Source of the DNA: Eledone cirrhosa
Lineage: Eukaryota
Assembly: GCA_964016885.1 (NCBI GenBank)
Contig: OZ024748.1
Coordinates: 4,464,001-4,528,000, forward strand
Length of the DNA: 64,000 nt
Reading direction: 5' to 3'
Positions 13,591-27,585 of the stretch are shown one piece after another. A model generated the notes under the pieces. The model had not been told where the DNA came from and made no database searches. It saw only the letters and a program-made list of their open reading frames with translations. Within the stretch, counting starts at the first letter, position 1; each line of letters begins with the position of its first letter. A program made the position numbers and the translations under genes.

Positions 13591-14341
13591 ACCACAGCAA
13601 CAACAATACAAAATTATGCACTTCACCCCGGCACAGGCTGCACACTGGTATTGCAGAAATATCCCTCACACAATAAAACAAAACAATATGTATTGAAAGG
13701 CCATTTGGATATGATGCAAGGGGCATAGTTTGTTGATGCAGCAGAGCTTCAAATTAAAATATCCACGTCACACTATATCATTAATCTTCATCAAAGACCG
13801 CCACAAAAAGAAAACAACAAATCTACAACAATTCTAGGACCCAGTTTACAACAGTGTCTTAAGAACAATCACCCTTCTCAAATCAGACAAACAAATAAAA
13901 CAATGGATATGCAACTGTAAATGTATTAGCCAGAAACTCTACTCTCTGATACATACATGCAATATAGGGATAAATAGAGCAAATGTCATGCTCTCATACT
14001 GGGTTAATACCTTGTCTTATTCATATCCGTTACGGCTATCTCCGAGACTTGACCGAGATCTTCTACGTGGTCGGACGATCTGCTAGAAATGGCCGTCACT
14101 CATATCTCGCCCTGATATCTTAACGAAATTTCGTTGCTGTTATTGGCAAGTGGAGCGACTACACTGGTGTTTTCTCGTTGTTTATCTGAAGGAGATGCAT
14201 GACATAGCAGCCAAATCTTACTCAAACATTAACTTAAATAAGAATAAAAAGTCTAGTATAAATAATCTAGTGATACATACCCTAAATAGGATGAGATGGT
14301 CATGGCTGGATGTCTTAGGACATTGATGGAAATAGTGCCAA

Positions 14342-14379
<38 letters not shown>

Positions 14380-14541
14380 ACACAAGTAAACGTCAACAAC
14401 GTCTGAACAACAACAACACCAACAACATCAACAGCAGCAAGACTCGTGCAAAATCTCGGCAACCCCACCGCCACTATTACTGCACCACCATCATTCCCGC
14501 CATCAACCCTACTAATCTTAAAACAGCCACAGACCTAGAAG

Positions 14542-14582
<41 letters not shown>

Positions 14583-14649
14583 ACATTAACACAGACACGA
14601 CTCTATGTCATTAATCATTGCATGGCTTAAATGTATGTTGACTTTTGTC

Positions 14650-14665
14650 TGTGTATATGTGTATG

Positions 14666-14699
<34 letters not shown>

Positions 14700-15385
14700 T
14701 GTATGTATGTATGTATGTATGTTTTCTCTTTCTCTTAATTTCGAGTATATTTTTTTGACCGGCCACCTTCCTGGTGGCAAAGTTGTAAAAGAAAAGAAAT
14801 TGTATGTATGTATGTATGTATGTATGTATGTATATATGTATGTATTTATGTATATATATATATATGTATGTATGTGTGTATATATGTATATGTATGTGTG
14901 TATGTATATATATATGTATGTATGTATGTATGTGTGTATATATGTATATGTATGTGTATATATGTGTATATGTGTGTATGTGTGTGTGTGTGTATGTATG
15001 TATGTGTGTATATATGTATATGTATGTGTATATATGTGTATATGTATGTATGTATGTGTGTATGTATGTGTGTATGTAAGTGTGTGTGTGTGTGTATGTA
15101 TGCATGTATGTATGTATGTATGCATGTATATACATATATATGCATGTATGTATGTGTGTGTGTATGTGTGTATGTATGCATGTATGTATGTATGTGTGTA
15201 TGTATGTATGTATATATTATGTGTGCATGTGTGTATGTATGTATGTATGTATGTATGCGTGTATGTGTGTATGTATGTGTGTATGTATGTATGTGTGTAT
15301 GTATGTGTGTATATGAATATATGTATGTATGTGTGTATGTATGTATATATATATATGTATGTATATATGTATGTATGTATGTGTG
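14650..15385. repeat. (TATG)n-rich microsatellite
   Basis: Directly visible. Confidence 0.95.
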
Positions 15386-15539
15386 GTGTATGTAATACTC
15401 TGTGTATATATACACGCACATTTACACTAACACACATATATGCATATAAATATACATATATATATATATATATACATGTACATACACACACACATATGTA
15501 TATACATATATGCAGACACAACCACAGACATATATATGT

Positions 15540-15573
<34 letters not shown>

Positions 15574-15774
15574 GGGAACGAGTAGGACCCCGACGGCTGA
15601 GCTCAAGCCGTTTCGACGGCTAATTCTGGACATTTTAGTCCAGAATTAGCCGTCGAAACGGCTTGAGCTCAGCCGTCGGGGTCCTACTCGTTCCTATTAC
15701 CCACTCTACTACCCTAAGTATTGAGTACTTTGGTGCGTTATGGTCTACCTGGTTCCTTACCACATTTCCTTCGT

Positions 15775-15775
<1 letters not shown>
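15574..15775 (+). mobile_element. fold-back family A element, best-preserved copy
   Basis: Perfect 57-bp arms (15575-15631 and 15638-15694), 6-nt loop, 81-nt tail, (TA)n on both sides. Confidence 0.85.
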
Positions 15776-15844
<69 letters not shown>

Positions 15845-16085
15845 TTCACACACATATATATCTCTCTCTATATATATACACAGTCACAAACACAGGCATA
15901 CATATATATACATACATATATATACACATACACACACACACATATATATATATACACACATATATATATATACACACATATGTAAACAGTAAATGGGACT
16001 GCGTCGGTTTCGCAATGACAACTTAAGTTTTTCAATCTAGTGATATGTCTAATATTTGAATTAATGTAGAAGAGACTGAATATTT

Positions 16086-16385
16086 TCACACACACAAACA
16101 CACACACTTTCTCACACAAACACAAACTTGCTCTCACACACAAACACACACACACTTGCTCACACACACAAACACACACACTTGCTCACACACACAAACA
16201 CACACACACTTGCTCACTCACACAAACACAGATACTTGCTCACACACACAAACACACACACTTGCTCACACACACACACACTTGCTCACACACACAAACA
16301 CACACACACTTGCTCACACACACAAACACACACACACTTGCTCACACACACAAACACACACTTGCTTTCTCACACACACACACAG
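16086..16385. repeat. compound minisatellite CTTGCT(CA)nAA(CA)n
   Basis: About 10 units visible. Confidence 0.85.
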
Positions 16386-16459
16386 ATCCCCCTCCCCCCC
16401 ACTACATAAAATGTGCCAGGAACAAATCACAATGGAATTACTAATTCTATTATTATCGG

Positions 16460-16700
16460 GATTGGCAGTAGCAGTAGAGTTATGGCCCTTTACGTTCTGA
16501 GTTCAAATCCCGCCAAGGTTAACTTTGCCTTTCATCCTTACGTGGTCAATAAAATAAAGTACCAGTCACGCACTGAGGTCGATTTAATGGACTTTCCCCT
16601 CCCCTAAAATCGTTGGCCTTGTGCCTAAAGTTGAAACAATTATTATCGGATTGGCAATATCAGTAGAGTTATGGCCCTATACGTTCCGAATTCAAATCTT
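16460..16700 (+). mobile_element. SINE (long subfamily) followed by the head of a second copy
   Basis: A-box-like TGGCAGTAGCAG, B-box GAGTTCAAATCCC, core and tail; second head at 16648-16700. Confidence 0.8.
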
Positions 16701-17041
16701 GCTGCGTACAAACAAACACACACACACACACACACACATATATGTATACAGGCATGAGGAGATCATCATAACACAAATATAGGGGATAGCCTGTATCCAT
16801 TGAGTATTCCCATTAGCACTACATGGGGTTTTACTAAGGTCACATGTCCTTTAATGTCCAGGCAGGGCATACACACACATATATATCCATACATATACCG
16901 TATATATATATATATATACATGTATGTATATAATATACGAATAGCTATATAATATATGTATATATATATACATGTATGTATATAATATATAATATATGTA
17001 CATGTATGTATATAATATATAATATATGTATATATACATAA

Positions 17042-17095
<54 letters not shown>

Positions 17096-17116
17096 TAGAT
17101 ATACGTATATATATAT

Positions 17117-17677
17117 AACATACTATATATATATATATATAACATACTATATATATATATATATATAACATACTATATATATATATATATAACATACTAT
17201 ATATATATATAACATAGTATATATATATATATATAACATACTATATATATATATATATATAACATACTATATATATATATATATATAACATACTATATAT
17301 ATATATATATATAACATACTATATATATATATATATATATATAACATACTATATATATATATATATATATAACATACTATATATATATATATATAACATA
17401 CTATATATATATATATATATAACATACTATATATATATATATATATATAACATACTATATATATATATATATATAACATACTATATATATATATATATAT
17501 ATAACATACTATATATATATATATATATATAACATACTATATATATATATATATAACATACTATATATATATATATATATATAACATACTATATATATAT
17601 ATATATATATATAACATACTATATATATATATATATATAACATACTATATATATATATATATATATAGTATGTTATA
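17117..17677. repeat. AACATAC(TA)n higher-order microsatellite with terminal inverted unit
   Basis: Over 20 AACATAC units separated by variable (TA)n; last unit reads GTATGTT. Confidence 0.9.
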
Positions 17678-17959
17678 TTTTATTCACCAACCACAAAAAC
17701 ACACACACAAACATACAGACAAAAACCGAAACAATTTTTTTTTCTATATTGTCCCTGCCTGAACAACCACATTATCAGTGAAAGAATAAGTAAATCCTTT
17801 ATATTATAGTGCAAGGTGGGGCCTGGGGGTGAAATGGTCCCTAACTACTTTTTAATCATTGACATAGACAGCTGGCATTTGGTGTCTAGATGTCAGGGGA
17901 AGATGGCATTACCAAAACCACCAATAACTTCAGGATTCAGTTATGAGACTGTTTGTCGG

Positions 17960-18320
17960 CCTGACTGTCTGTCTGATTGTCTGTAATGTGTCTGTCTGTC
18001 CGTCCGTCTGTCTGTTTGCCTGTCTGTCTGTTTGTCTGTCTGTCTATCGGCCTGCTGTCTGTTTGTCTTTCTATCTGTCTTCTCTCTGTCTGTCTGCCTG
18101 TCTGTCTATCTATCTATCTGTCTGTCTGTCTGTCTATCTGTCTGTCTGTCTGTCTATCTGTCTGTCTGTCTATCTGTCTGTCTGTCTGTCTATCTGTCTA
18201 TCTGTCTATCTGTCTATCTGTCTGTCTATCTATCTGTCTATCTGTCTATCTGTCTGTCTGTCTATCTGTCTGTCTATCTGTCTGTCTATCTATCTGTCTG
18301 TCTGTCTGTCTGTCTGTTTT
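17960..18320. repeat. (TCTG)/(TCTA)n microsatellite
   Basis: Directly visible. Confidence 0.95.
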
Positions 18321-18577
18321 GTCGGCCTAGCTGTCTGTTTGTTGCACGATTCTCTTTCTTATTTTCTCTTTTTGTTGTTGTTGCTTTTTTGCCCCTCTCT
18401 CTGACAATGTTTATTTGTACACACAAACACACACATGAACACACATGCACCCACATGCACACAGACATAAACACACACAACACGCAAACACACACACACA
18501 CACACATACACAAACAATCACAAAAGAATTCTAAAGAATACAAAACACGGTTCAAACCCACATATATATATACAAAC

Positions 18578-18640
<63 letters not shown>

Positions 18641-19170
18641 TATGTTTATGTACATTTTTTCTTCTAACTTTGATTTTGTACCCAATTGTGTATGGTGAGC
18701 TATATGTCTAATCGATTTCTACGGGCTATTAGAAATACTAGGTGAATCTTCTGTAGCTGTTGATCACGGATAAAATAGCTATCATATATTTATCTATTGT
18801 TTCTTCATAGGTACATTTTAAACTTATAGCCCCGTTTAATTGATTTTTTGTGTGGTTAATTATGCTGACTGGGAGGAGAAATACTGTATATATTTTATCA
18901 AATGATTCTATGGAATTACTTTCTTATATATTGCTCTGATTGTTGATTATTTAATTAATTAATTCGTCATTGAACCACACCGTGAATGGTTGCCAAAAAC
19001 ATATATATATATCTATGGCTCTGTCTAGTTTATGTATATGTAAACCTCTATATTTTATGTATATATACACACACTGTCAGTAGGGTGGACGAGAGAACAT
19101 TCACAGCACCAGCTTCCAGAAGTGAAGAAGTGTCTAAAAAGAAAGGCTAGTATGGGATATTATAATTTAC

Positions 19171-19350
19171 GGCAGTATCGGTAGAGAGTCGGACGCCATG
19201 TTTTCCAGCATAGTTACCTCCCTTTACGGTTTGAGGTCAAATCCCGTCGAGGTTAACTTTGCCGTTCATCCTTACGGGGTCGATAAAATAAAGTACCAGT
19301 AATGTACTGGACAATTGCTAGCCTTGTGCCAAATGTAGAAGCAATTATAA
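19171..19350 (+). mobile_element. SINE (short subfamily)
   Basis: GGCAGTATCGGTAGAG..GTCGGACGCCATG head, core and tail. Confidence 0.85.
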
Positions 19351-19733
19351 TTTACATCTCACATCTAGGGGGCTTAACTGGGATTTTAATGATAAGGTTA
19401 CCACATTAATCATGAAAACGACCCGAAATGAAGGCCCTTGCCACAGGAATGGAACCAAGAAACATATAGTCTTGAATACAATACCCTAGCCACTAAATAT
19501 TACTAAGAATAGATGGAAGAAAATATAGTAATAGTAATTATAGTAGAATTTCTCTGTTTTATATTTGTAATATATATTTCATCACACTGTTAGATTGGAG
19601 AGTTGAAGAATATAGAAATCCCGAGAAAACAAATAACCCCAAAATGAAATAAGTAAAACAGATAAAGACCTAAATCGGAGAAAGAATATATATATATAGA
19701 GAATATATATATAATAAGGTGTTGACTGACCCA

Positions 19734-19833
<100 letters not shown>

Positions 19834-19948
19834 ATATATATGTACATATATATATAGATGCACACATGTATATGTACACATATATACAGGCGTGAACCTA
19901 ATATAACTGTGTAAAGATTGCCTCCTGTGTTTTGTTGGTTTCATATAT

Positions 19949-20005
<57 letters not shown>

Positions 20006-20026
20006 ATATATATATACGTGTGTGTG

Positions 20027-20057
<31 letters not shown>

Positions 20058-20763
20058 ATTACTGAGCATAATCATATATATGTGAATATATGTATGCATA
20101 TATTATTGTGCATAATCATGTATATATATTTGCATATACATATGAGAGTTTGAGACATAAAAAATAACAAGACTCCAAGAGCTTTGTGTTATGGTATGGT
20201 ATGTGATGTTTGTATTTTATGAATAATTACAACATTGCATGCAGTTCTAAAGAAATTGGAGACAAACTATTGCTACATGCTGTACAAATATTAGCAAACT
20301 AATGCTTTTTGGGGTCTCTTATTGCTGGTATTAACGTTGTTGTTATTGTATTCATTATTGCTGTTGTTGCTTTTGAGGTGGAGGTTTTATACAAGTAACA
20401 GGTTATGATTGAGTTACTGCTGTGTTCTGTTTTTCGGGGTCTTGAGGTTTTTTCCTCATAGTTTATAATGGAGGCGAGTGGCAGTTATTGTCTTTATTCA
20501 TAAATTTATTTTATTCCATCATCTGATGTGTATATAAAGGAAATATTAGTTTCTACATTACACATACATACAAATATATAATATATGAATCTACACACAG
20601 AGATATATACATATATATATATATATACATACATGGAAAGTTATATTTAAATTGTTGGGTTACAACTAGTAAATATTTATAACTGATATAAAAGCACTCG
20701 ACAAGTATTTGGAGTATATTTACAATATTAAATAAATGGAAACTATATTTATAAAACCATATT

Positions 20764-20829
20764 TATTTCATTATATATATTTCAGGGATATCATATTAAC
20801 AATATGCTATGCCTTCCTCAGACAAAATA
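20764..20829 (-). ncRNA. minimal type I hammerhead ribozyme
   Basis: Mirror image of 20985-21050. Confidence 0.75.
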
Positions 20830-20984
20830 CAATATAAACAGTTTTATAGATAAATAGATTCGACATACCTTAACAACATCGACTTGTATTTGAAAAAGTT
20901 GAATTGCCAATTCAACTTTTTCAAATACAAGTCGATGTTGTTAAGGTATGTCGAATCTATTTATCTATAAAACTGTTTATATTG

Positions 20985-21050
20985 TATTTTGTCTGAGGAA
21001 GGCATAGCATATTGTTAATATGATATCCCTGAAATATATATAATGAAATA
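20985..21050 (+). ncRNA. minimal type I hammerhead ribozyme
   Basis: TATTTTGT CTGAGGA AGG..CATATT GTT AATATG..CCT GAAA T ATAT A TA|ATGAAATA; stem I kept via G-U pairs, palindromic AUAU loop III. Confidence 0.78.
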
Positions 21051-21089
21051 AATATGGTTTTATAAATATAGTTTCCATTTATTTAATAT

Positions 21090-21162
<73 letters not shown>

Positions 21163-21280
21163 ATATATGTATATAATATAGGTATATATATATATAATAT
21201 AGGTATATATATATAATATAGGTATATATATATATAATATAGGTATATATATATATAATACACATATATGTTTATATATA

Positions 21281-21350
21281 TCAGAAGATCCCGTTAAGGG
21301 CGAAAGCAGCGATTCTTTGCTTTAACATTAATCTGTTATTTTAATAAATA
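21281..21350 (+). mobile_element. short dispersed repeat with hammerhead-like variant core
   Basis: CAGAAGA T CCC GTTAA GGG Y GAAA GCAGCGATTC...TTTTAATA; near-identical at 37721-37786 and 51013-51080. Confidence 0.55.
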
Positions 21351-21378
21351 AATATATGCATATATAACATACATATAT

Positions 21379-21456
<78 letters not shown>

Positions 21457-21876
21457 CCATCATCATCACATATCGTCCACTGTTCCTGCTAGCAAGGTTT
21501 GTACGGGTCTCCCCCTCCTCCTACACACATATATATACATATATATATCTTAGATAAATTGACAAAATGTTTATAATGCATACATAAAGAAAATGTTTAC
21601 AAGTAGGGTCTAAGATAGAAAATCTATAGAGACGGAGCTACATGAGTCGAACCCGCTACCTGAGGTTTTCCATATCAAAAATATTTACCTAAGAGGTCCC
21701 AACCTCTTAGGTAGATAACTTCAAGAAATGGTAACATAGGAAACATTATACTTCTACTTTCATTCTTGAAATAATTGCTTACCTTTATCTTGATCAAAGG
21801 ACAAAATAATACAATAAATCTCTTCATACCTTAGTTTTATTGTGGATTCAACTTAGGGGCTTGGGGTGTATATATG

Positions 21877-21957
<81 letters not shown>

Positions 21958-21980
21958 ATATATATACATATATATGTATG

Positions 21981-22022
<42 letters not shown>

Positions 22023-22083
22023 AACTAACACATACACATATCTCTCTTTCATATATAAATAGGTATATATATATATATATATC

Positions 22084-22145
<62 letters not shown>

Positions 22146-22364
22146 AAATATATATATATATGTATAAATATATATATGTATGTATAAATATATATATATA
22201 TATGTATAAATATATATATATATACTTATATATATAAACTTTAGTTCTACCAAACCGAAGCTATAGATGACAACACACAAGACACTATCTCAGTTTGCTG
22301 TTTGATAAACTATTGAGTTGTTTTATTCTTTTTGTTTTCCTTTTTTGTTATTTATTTGTGTGTG

Positions 22365-22398
<34 letters not shown>

Positions 22399-22446
22399 TG
22401 TATGTATGTATGTATGCACGTGTATATGGGTGATGAAAGGAAATAT

Positions 22447-22795
22447 GCCAATCCACCACCCTTAATAATAATTTTCTACTTTTGGCACAAGGCCAGCAAT
22501 TACCCAGTACATTACTGGTACTTTATTTTATCGACCCTGTAAGGATGAAAGGTAAAGTTAACCTCAGCGGGATTTGAACTCAGACCATAAAGGGCCGTAA
22601 CTCTATGCTGCAAAGCATGGCGTCCGACCCTCTACCGATACTGCCAATCCACCGCCCTTAATAATAATTGTTTCTATTATTGGCACAAGGCCAGCAATTA
22701 CCCAGTACATTACTGGTACTTTATTTTATCGACCCCGTAAAGATGAAAGACAAAGTTAACCTCGGTGGAACTTGAACTCAGACCATAAAGGGCCG
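22447..22795 (-). mobile_element. head-to-tail SINE multimer (head stub, full copy, 5'-truncated copy)
   Basis: Junction GCCAATCCACC(A/G)CCCTTAATAATAATT at 22447 and about 22643. Confidence 0.85.
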
Positions 22796-22944
22796 TTTTC
22801 TTTTATTGTTACAAGGGTACAAGAGGGTGGGGACTGTCTGTAGAAACGATGGCGAAAATATATAGAACAAGGGACATTGAGGGGGTTACTTTGAGTATAA
22901 TGGTGGTACTAGCAGGTGACTTAATGGGGATGTGTTGTGCTATA

Positions 22945-23252
22945 AACAACAATAACAGCAACAACAGAAACAGCAGCAACAACAACAGCAACAGCAACAA
23001 CAACATAAAAAACAAAAACAACAACAACTACAATAATAGCAACAACAATACCAACAACAACAGCATCAACAACATCAACAACAGTAACAGAAACAATAAC
23101 CACAATAGCAACATCGACAACAACAACAACAACAATAACAACAACAACTACATCAATTGCAGCAACTACAACAACAACAACAACAACAACAACAATAACA
23201 ACGACAACAACAACAACAACACCAACAACAACATTAACAACAACAACAATAA
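22945..23252. repeat. (AAC)n microsatellite
   Basis: Directly visible. Confidence 0.95.
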
Positions 23253-23260
23253 CATGACGA

Positions 23261-26200
23261 CTACGTCCCTCTAACCATCCATAATATAACCAGTTCTAGC
23301 CCACACTACGTCCCTCTAACCATCCATACTGTAACCAGTTCTAGCCCACACTACGTCCCTCTAACCATCCATACTGTAACCAGTCCTAGCCCACACTACG
23401 TCCCTCTAACCATCCATACTATAACCAGTTCTAGCCCACACTACGTCGCTCTAACCATCCATACTATAACCAGTTCTAGTCCACACTACGTCCCTCTAAC
23501 CATCCATACTGTAACCAGTTCTAGCCCACACTACGTCCCTCTAACCATCCATACTATAACCAGTTCTAGCCCACACTACGTCCCTCTAACCATCCATACT
23601 GTAACCAGTTCTAGCCCACACTACGTCCCTCTAACCATCCATACTGTAACCAGTTCTAGCCCACACTACGTCCCTCTAACCATCCATACTATAACCAGTT
23701 CTAGCCCACACTACGTCCCTCTAACCATCCATACTGTAACCAGTTCTAGCCCACACTACGTCCCTCTAACCATCCATACTATAACCAGTTCTAGCCCACA
23801 CTACGTCCCTCTAACCATCCATACTGTAACCAGTTCTAGCCCACACTACGTCCCTCTAACCATCCATACTGTAACCAGTTCTAGCCCACACTACGTCCCT
23901 CTAACCATCCATACTATAACCAGTTCTAGCCCACACTACGTCCCTCTAACCATCCATACTGTAACCAGTTCTAGCCCACACTACGTCCCTCTAACCATCC
24001 ATACTATAACCAGTTCTAGCCCACACTACGTCCCTCTAACCATCCATACTGTAACCAGTTCTAGCCCACACTACGTCCCTCTAACCATCCATACTGTAAC
24101 CAGTTCTAGCCCACACTACGTCCCTCTAACCATCCATACTGTAACCAGATCTAGCCCACACTACGTCCCTCTAACCATCCATACTGTAACCAGTTCTAGC
24201 CCACACTACGTCCCTCTAACCATCCATACTGTAACCAGTTCTAGCCCACACTACGTCCCTCTAACCATCCATACTGTAACCAGTTCTAGCCCACACTACG
24301 TCCCTCTAACCATCCATACTGTAACCAGTTCTAGCCCACACTACGTCCCTCTAACCATCCATACTGTAACCAGTTCTAGCCCACACTACGTCCCTCTAAC
24401 CATCCATACTGTAACCAGTTCTAGCCCACACTACGTCCCTCTAACCATCCATACTATAACCAGTTCTAGCCCACACTACGTCCCTCTAACCATCCATACT
24501 GTAACCAGTTCTAGCCCACACTACGTCCCTCTAACCATCCATACTGTAACCAGTTCTAGCCCACACTACGTCCCTCTAACCATCCATACTGTAACCAGTT
24601 CTAGCCCACACTACGTCCCTCTAACCATCCATACTGTAACCAGTTCTAGCCCACACTACGTCCCTCTAACCATCCATACTGTAACCAGTTCTAGCCCACA
24701 CTACGTCCCTCTAACCATCCATACTGTAACCAGTTCTAGCCCACACTACGTCCCTCTAACCATCCATACTATAACCAGTTCTAGCCCACACTACGTCCCT
24801 CTAACCATCCATACTATAACCAGTTCTAGCCCACACTACGTCTCTCTAACCATCCATACTGTAACCAGTTCTAGCCCACACTACGTCCCTCTAACCATCC
24901 ATACTGTAACCAGTTCTAGCCCACACTACGTCCCTCTAACCATCCATACTGTAACCAGTTCTAGCCCACACTACGTCCCTCTAACCATCCATACTATAAC
25001 CAGTTCTAGCCCACACTACGTCCCTCTAACCATCCATACTATAACCAGTTCTAGCCCACACTACGTCCCTCTAACCATCCATACTGTAACCAGTTCTAGC
25101 CCACACTACGTCCCTCTAACCATCCATACTGTAACCAGTTCTAGCCCACACTACGTCCCTCTAACCATCCATACTGTAACCAGTTCTAGCCCACACTACG
25201 TCCCTCTAACCATCCATACTGTAACCAGTTCTAGCCCACACTACGTCCCTCTAACCATCCATACTGTAACCAGTTCTAGCCCACACTACGTCCCTATAAC
25301 CATCCATACTGTAACCAGTTCTAGCCCACACTACGTCCCTCTAACCATCCATACTGTAACCAGTTCTAGCCCACACTACGTCCCTCTAACCATCCATACT
25401 GTAACCAGTTCTAGCCCACACTACGTCCCTCTAACCATCCATACTGTAACCAGTTCTAGCCCACACTACGTCCCTCTAACCATCCATACTGTAACCAGTT
25501 CTAGCCCACACTACGTCCCTCTAACCATCCATACTGTAACCAGTTCTAGCCCACACTACGTCCCTCTAACCATCCATACTGTAACCAGTTCTAGCCCACA
25601 CTACGTCCCTCTAACCATCCATACTGTAACCAGTTCTAGCCCACACTACGTCCCTCTAACCATCCATACTGTAACCAGTTCTAGCCCACACTACGTCCCT
25701 CTAACCATCCATACTGTAACCAGTTCTAGCCCACACTACGTCCCTCTAACCATCCATACTATAACCAGTTCTAGCCCACACTACGTCCCTCTAACCATCC
25801 ATACTATAACCAGTTCTAGCCCACACTACGTCCCTCTAACCATCCATACTGTAACCAGTTCTAGCCCACACTACGTCCCTCTAACCATCCATACTGTAAC
25901 CAGTTCTAGCCCACACTACGTCCCTCTAACCATCCATACTGTAACCAGTTCTAGCCCACACTACGTCCCTCTAACCATCCATACTGTAACCAGTTCTAGC
26001 CCACACTACGTCCCTCTAACCATCCATACTGTAACCAGTTCTAGCCCACACTACGTCCCTCTAACCATCCATACTATAACCAGTTCTAGCCCACACTACG
26101 TCCCTCTAACCATCCATACTGTAACCAGTTCTAGCCCACACTACGTCCCTCTAACCATCCATACTATAACCAGTTCTAGCCCACACTACGTCCCTCTAAC

Positions 26201-26868
26201 CATCCATACTATAACCAGTTCTAGCCCACACTACGTCCCTCTAACCATCCATACTGTAACCAGTTCTAGCCCACACTACGTCCCTCTAACCATCCATACT
26301 ATAACCAGTTCTAGCCCACACTACGTCCCTCTAACCATCCATACTGTAACCAGTTCTAGCCCACACTACGTCCCTCTAACCATCCATACTATAACCAGTT
26401 CTAGCCCACACTACGTCCCTCTAACCATCCATACTATAACCAGTTCTAGCCCACACTACGTCCCTCTAACCATCCATACTATAACCAGTTCTAGCCCACA
26501 CTACGTCCCTCTAACCATCCATACTGTAACCAGTTCTAGCCCACACTACGTCCCTCTAACCATCCATACTGTAACCAGTTCTAGCCCACACTACGTCCCT
26601 CTAACCATCCATACTATAACCAGTTCTAGCCCACACTACGTCCCTCTAACCATCCATACTGTAACCAGTTCTAGCCCACACTACGTCCCTCTAACCATCC
26701 ATACTATAACCAGTTCTAGCCCACACTACGTCCCTCTAACCATCCATACTATAACCAGTTCTAGCCCACACTACGTCCCTCTAACCATCCATACTATAAC
26801 CAGTTCTAGCCCACACTACGTCCCTCTAACCATCCATACTGTAACCAGTTCTAGCCCACACTACGTCC
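23261..26868. repeat. 45-bp minisatellite, 80 units plus 8 bp
   Basis: Unit CTACGTCCCTCTAACCATCCATACT(A/G)TAACCAGTTCTAGCCCACA; (26861-23261)/45 = 80; no spacers. Confidence 0.97.
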
Positions 26869-27047
26869 ACCAACCTCTGGCCTCATAGTATTCTCGTTAA
26901 GCGAAATACCAGGATATAACATGCAGTATTCCTTGATCCTACTCTGATAACTGAAGAATACGGAATCACCGCTGAAAGATTTCTCGCAGATCTCAGAGAT
27001 ATTAGGGATTCTGATAGCTCTATACCAGTCTCTCTCTCTCTCTTTCT

Positions 27048-27094
<47 letters not shown>

Positions 27095-27121
27095 GCAACA
27101 TGACCCTCCCAAAGTATAACA

Positions 27122-27284
<163 letters not shown>

Positions 27285-27325
27285 TACACATATCTATATA
27301 TCTATATGCACACACACATGGGTAC

Positions 27326-27365
<40 letters not shown>

Positions 27366-27545
27366 GTGTATATATATGTGTGTATGTTTGTGTGTGTATA
27401 TGTATATGTATATATATCTTCTACTCTCACTTGTCAATGTCATTCATTTTCGTTTTTCATTTAATTCTTCATTAATTTTTAATTAGAACACACACACACA
27501 CATATGTTTATATACTGACAAATATATATATATACATATATATGC

Positions 27546-27585
<40 letters not shown>

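Larger units (their letters stand above)
20634..21090. mobile_element. fold-back family H element: 90-nt tail plus 183-bp perfect palindrome
   Basis: Arms 20724-20906 and 20908-21090 with a 1-nt spacer; tail 20634-20723 is a diverged reverse complement of the 5993-6080 tail. Confidence 0.85.

Noticed and set aside
23261-26868. CRISPR array
   Set aside because: Contiguous near-identical units with no unique spacers, no cas genes, eukaryotic context.
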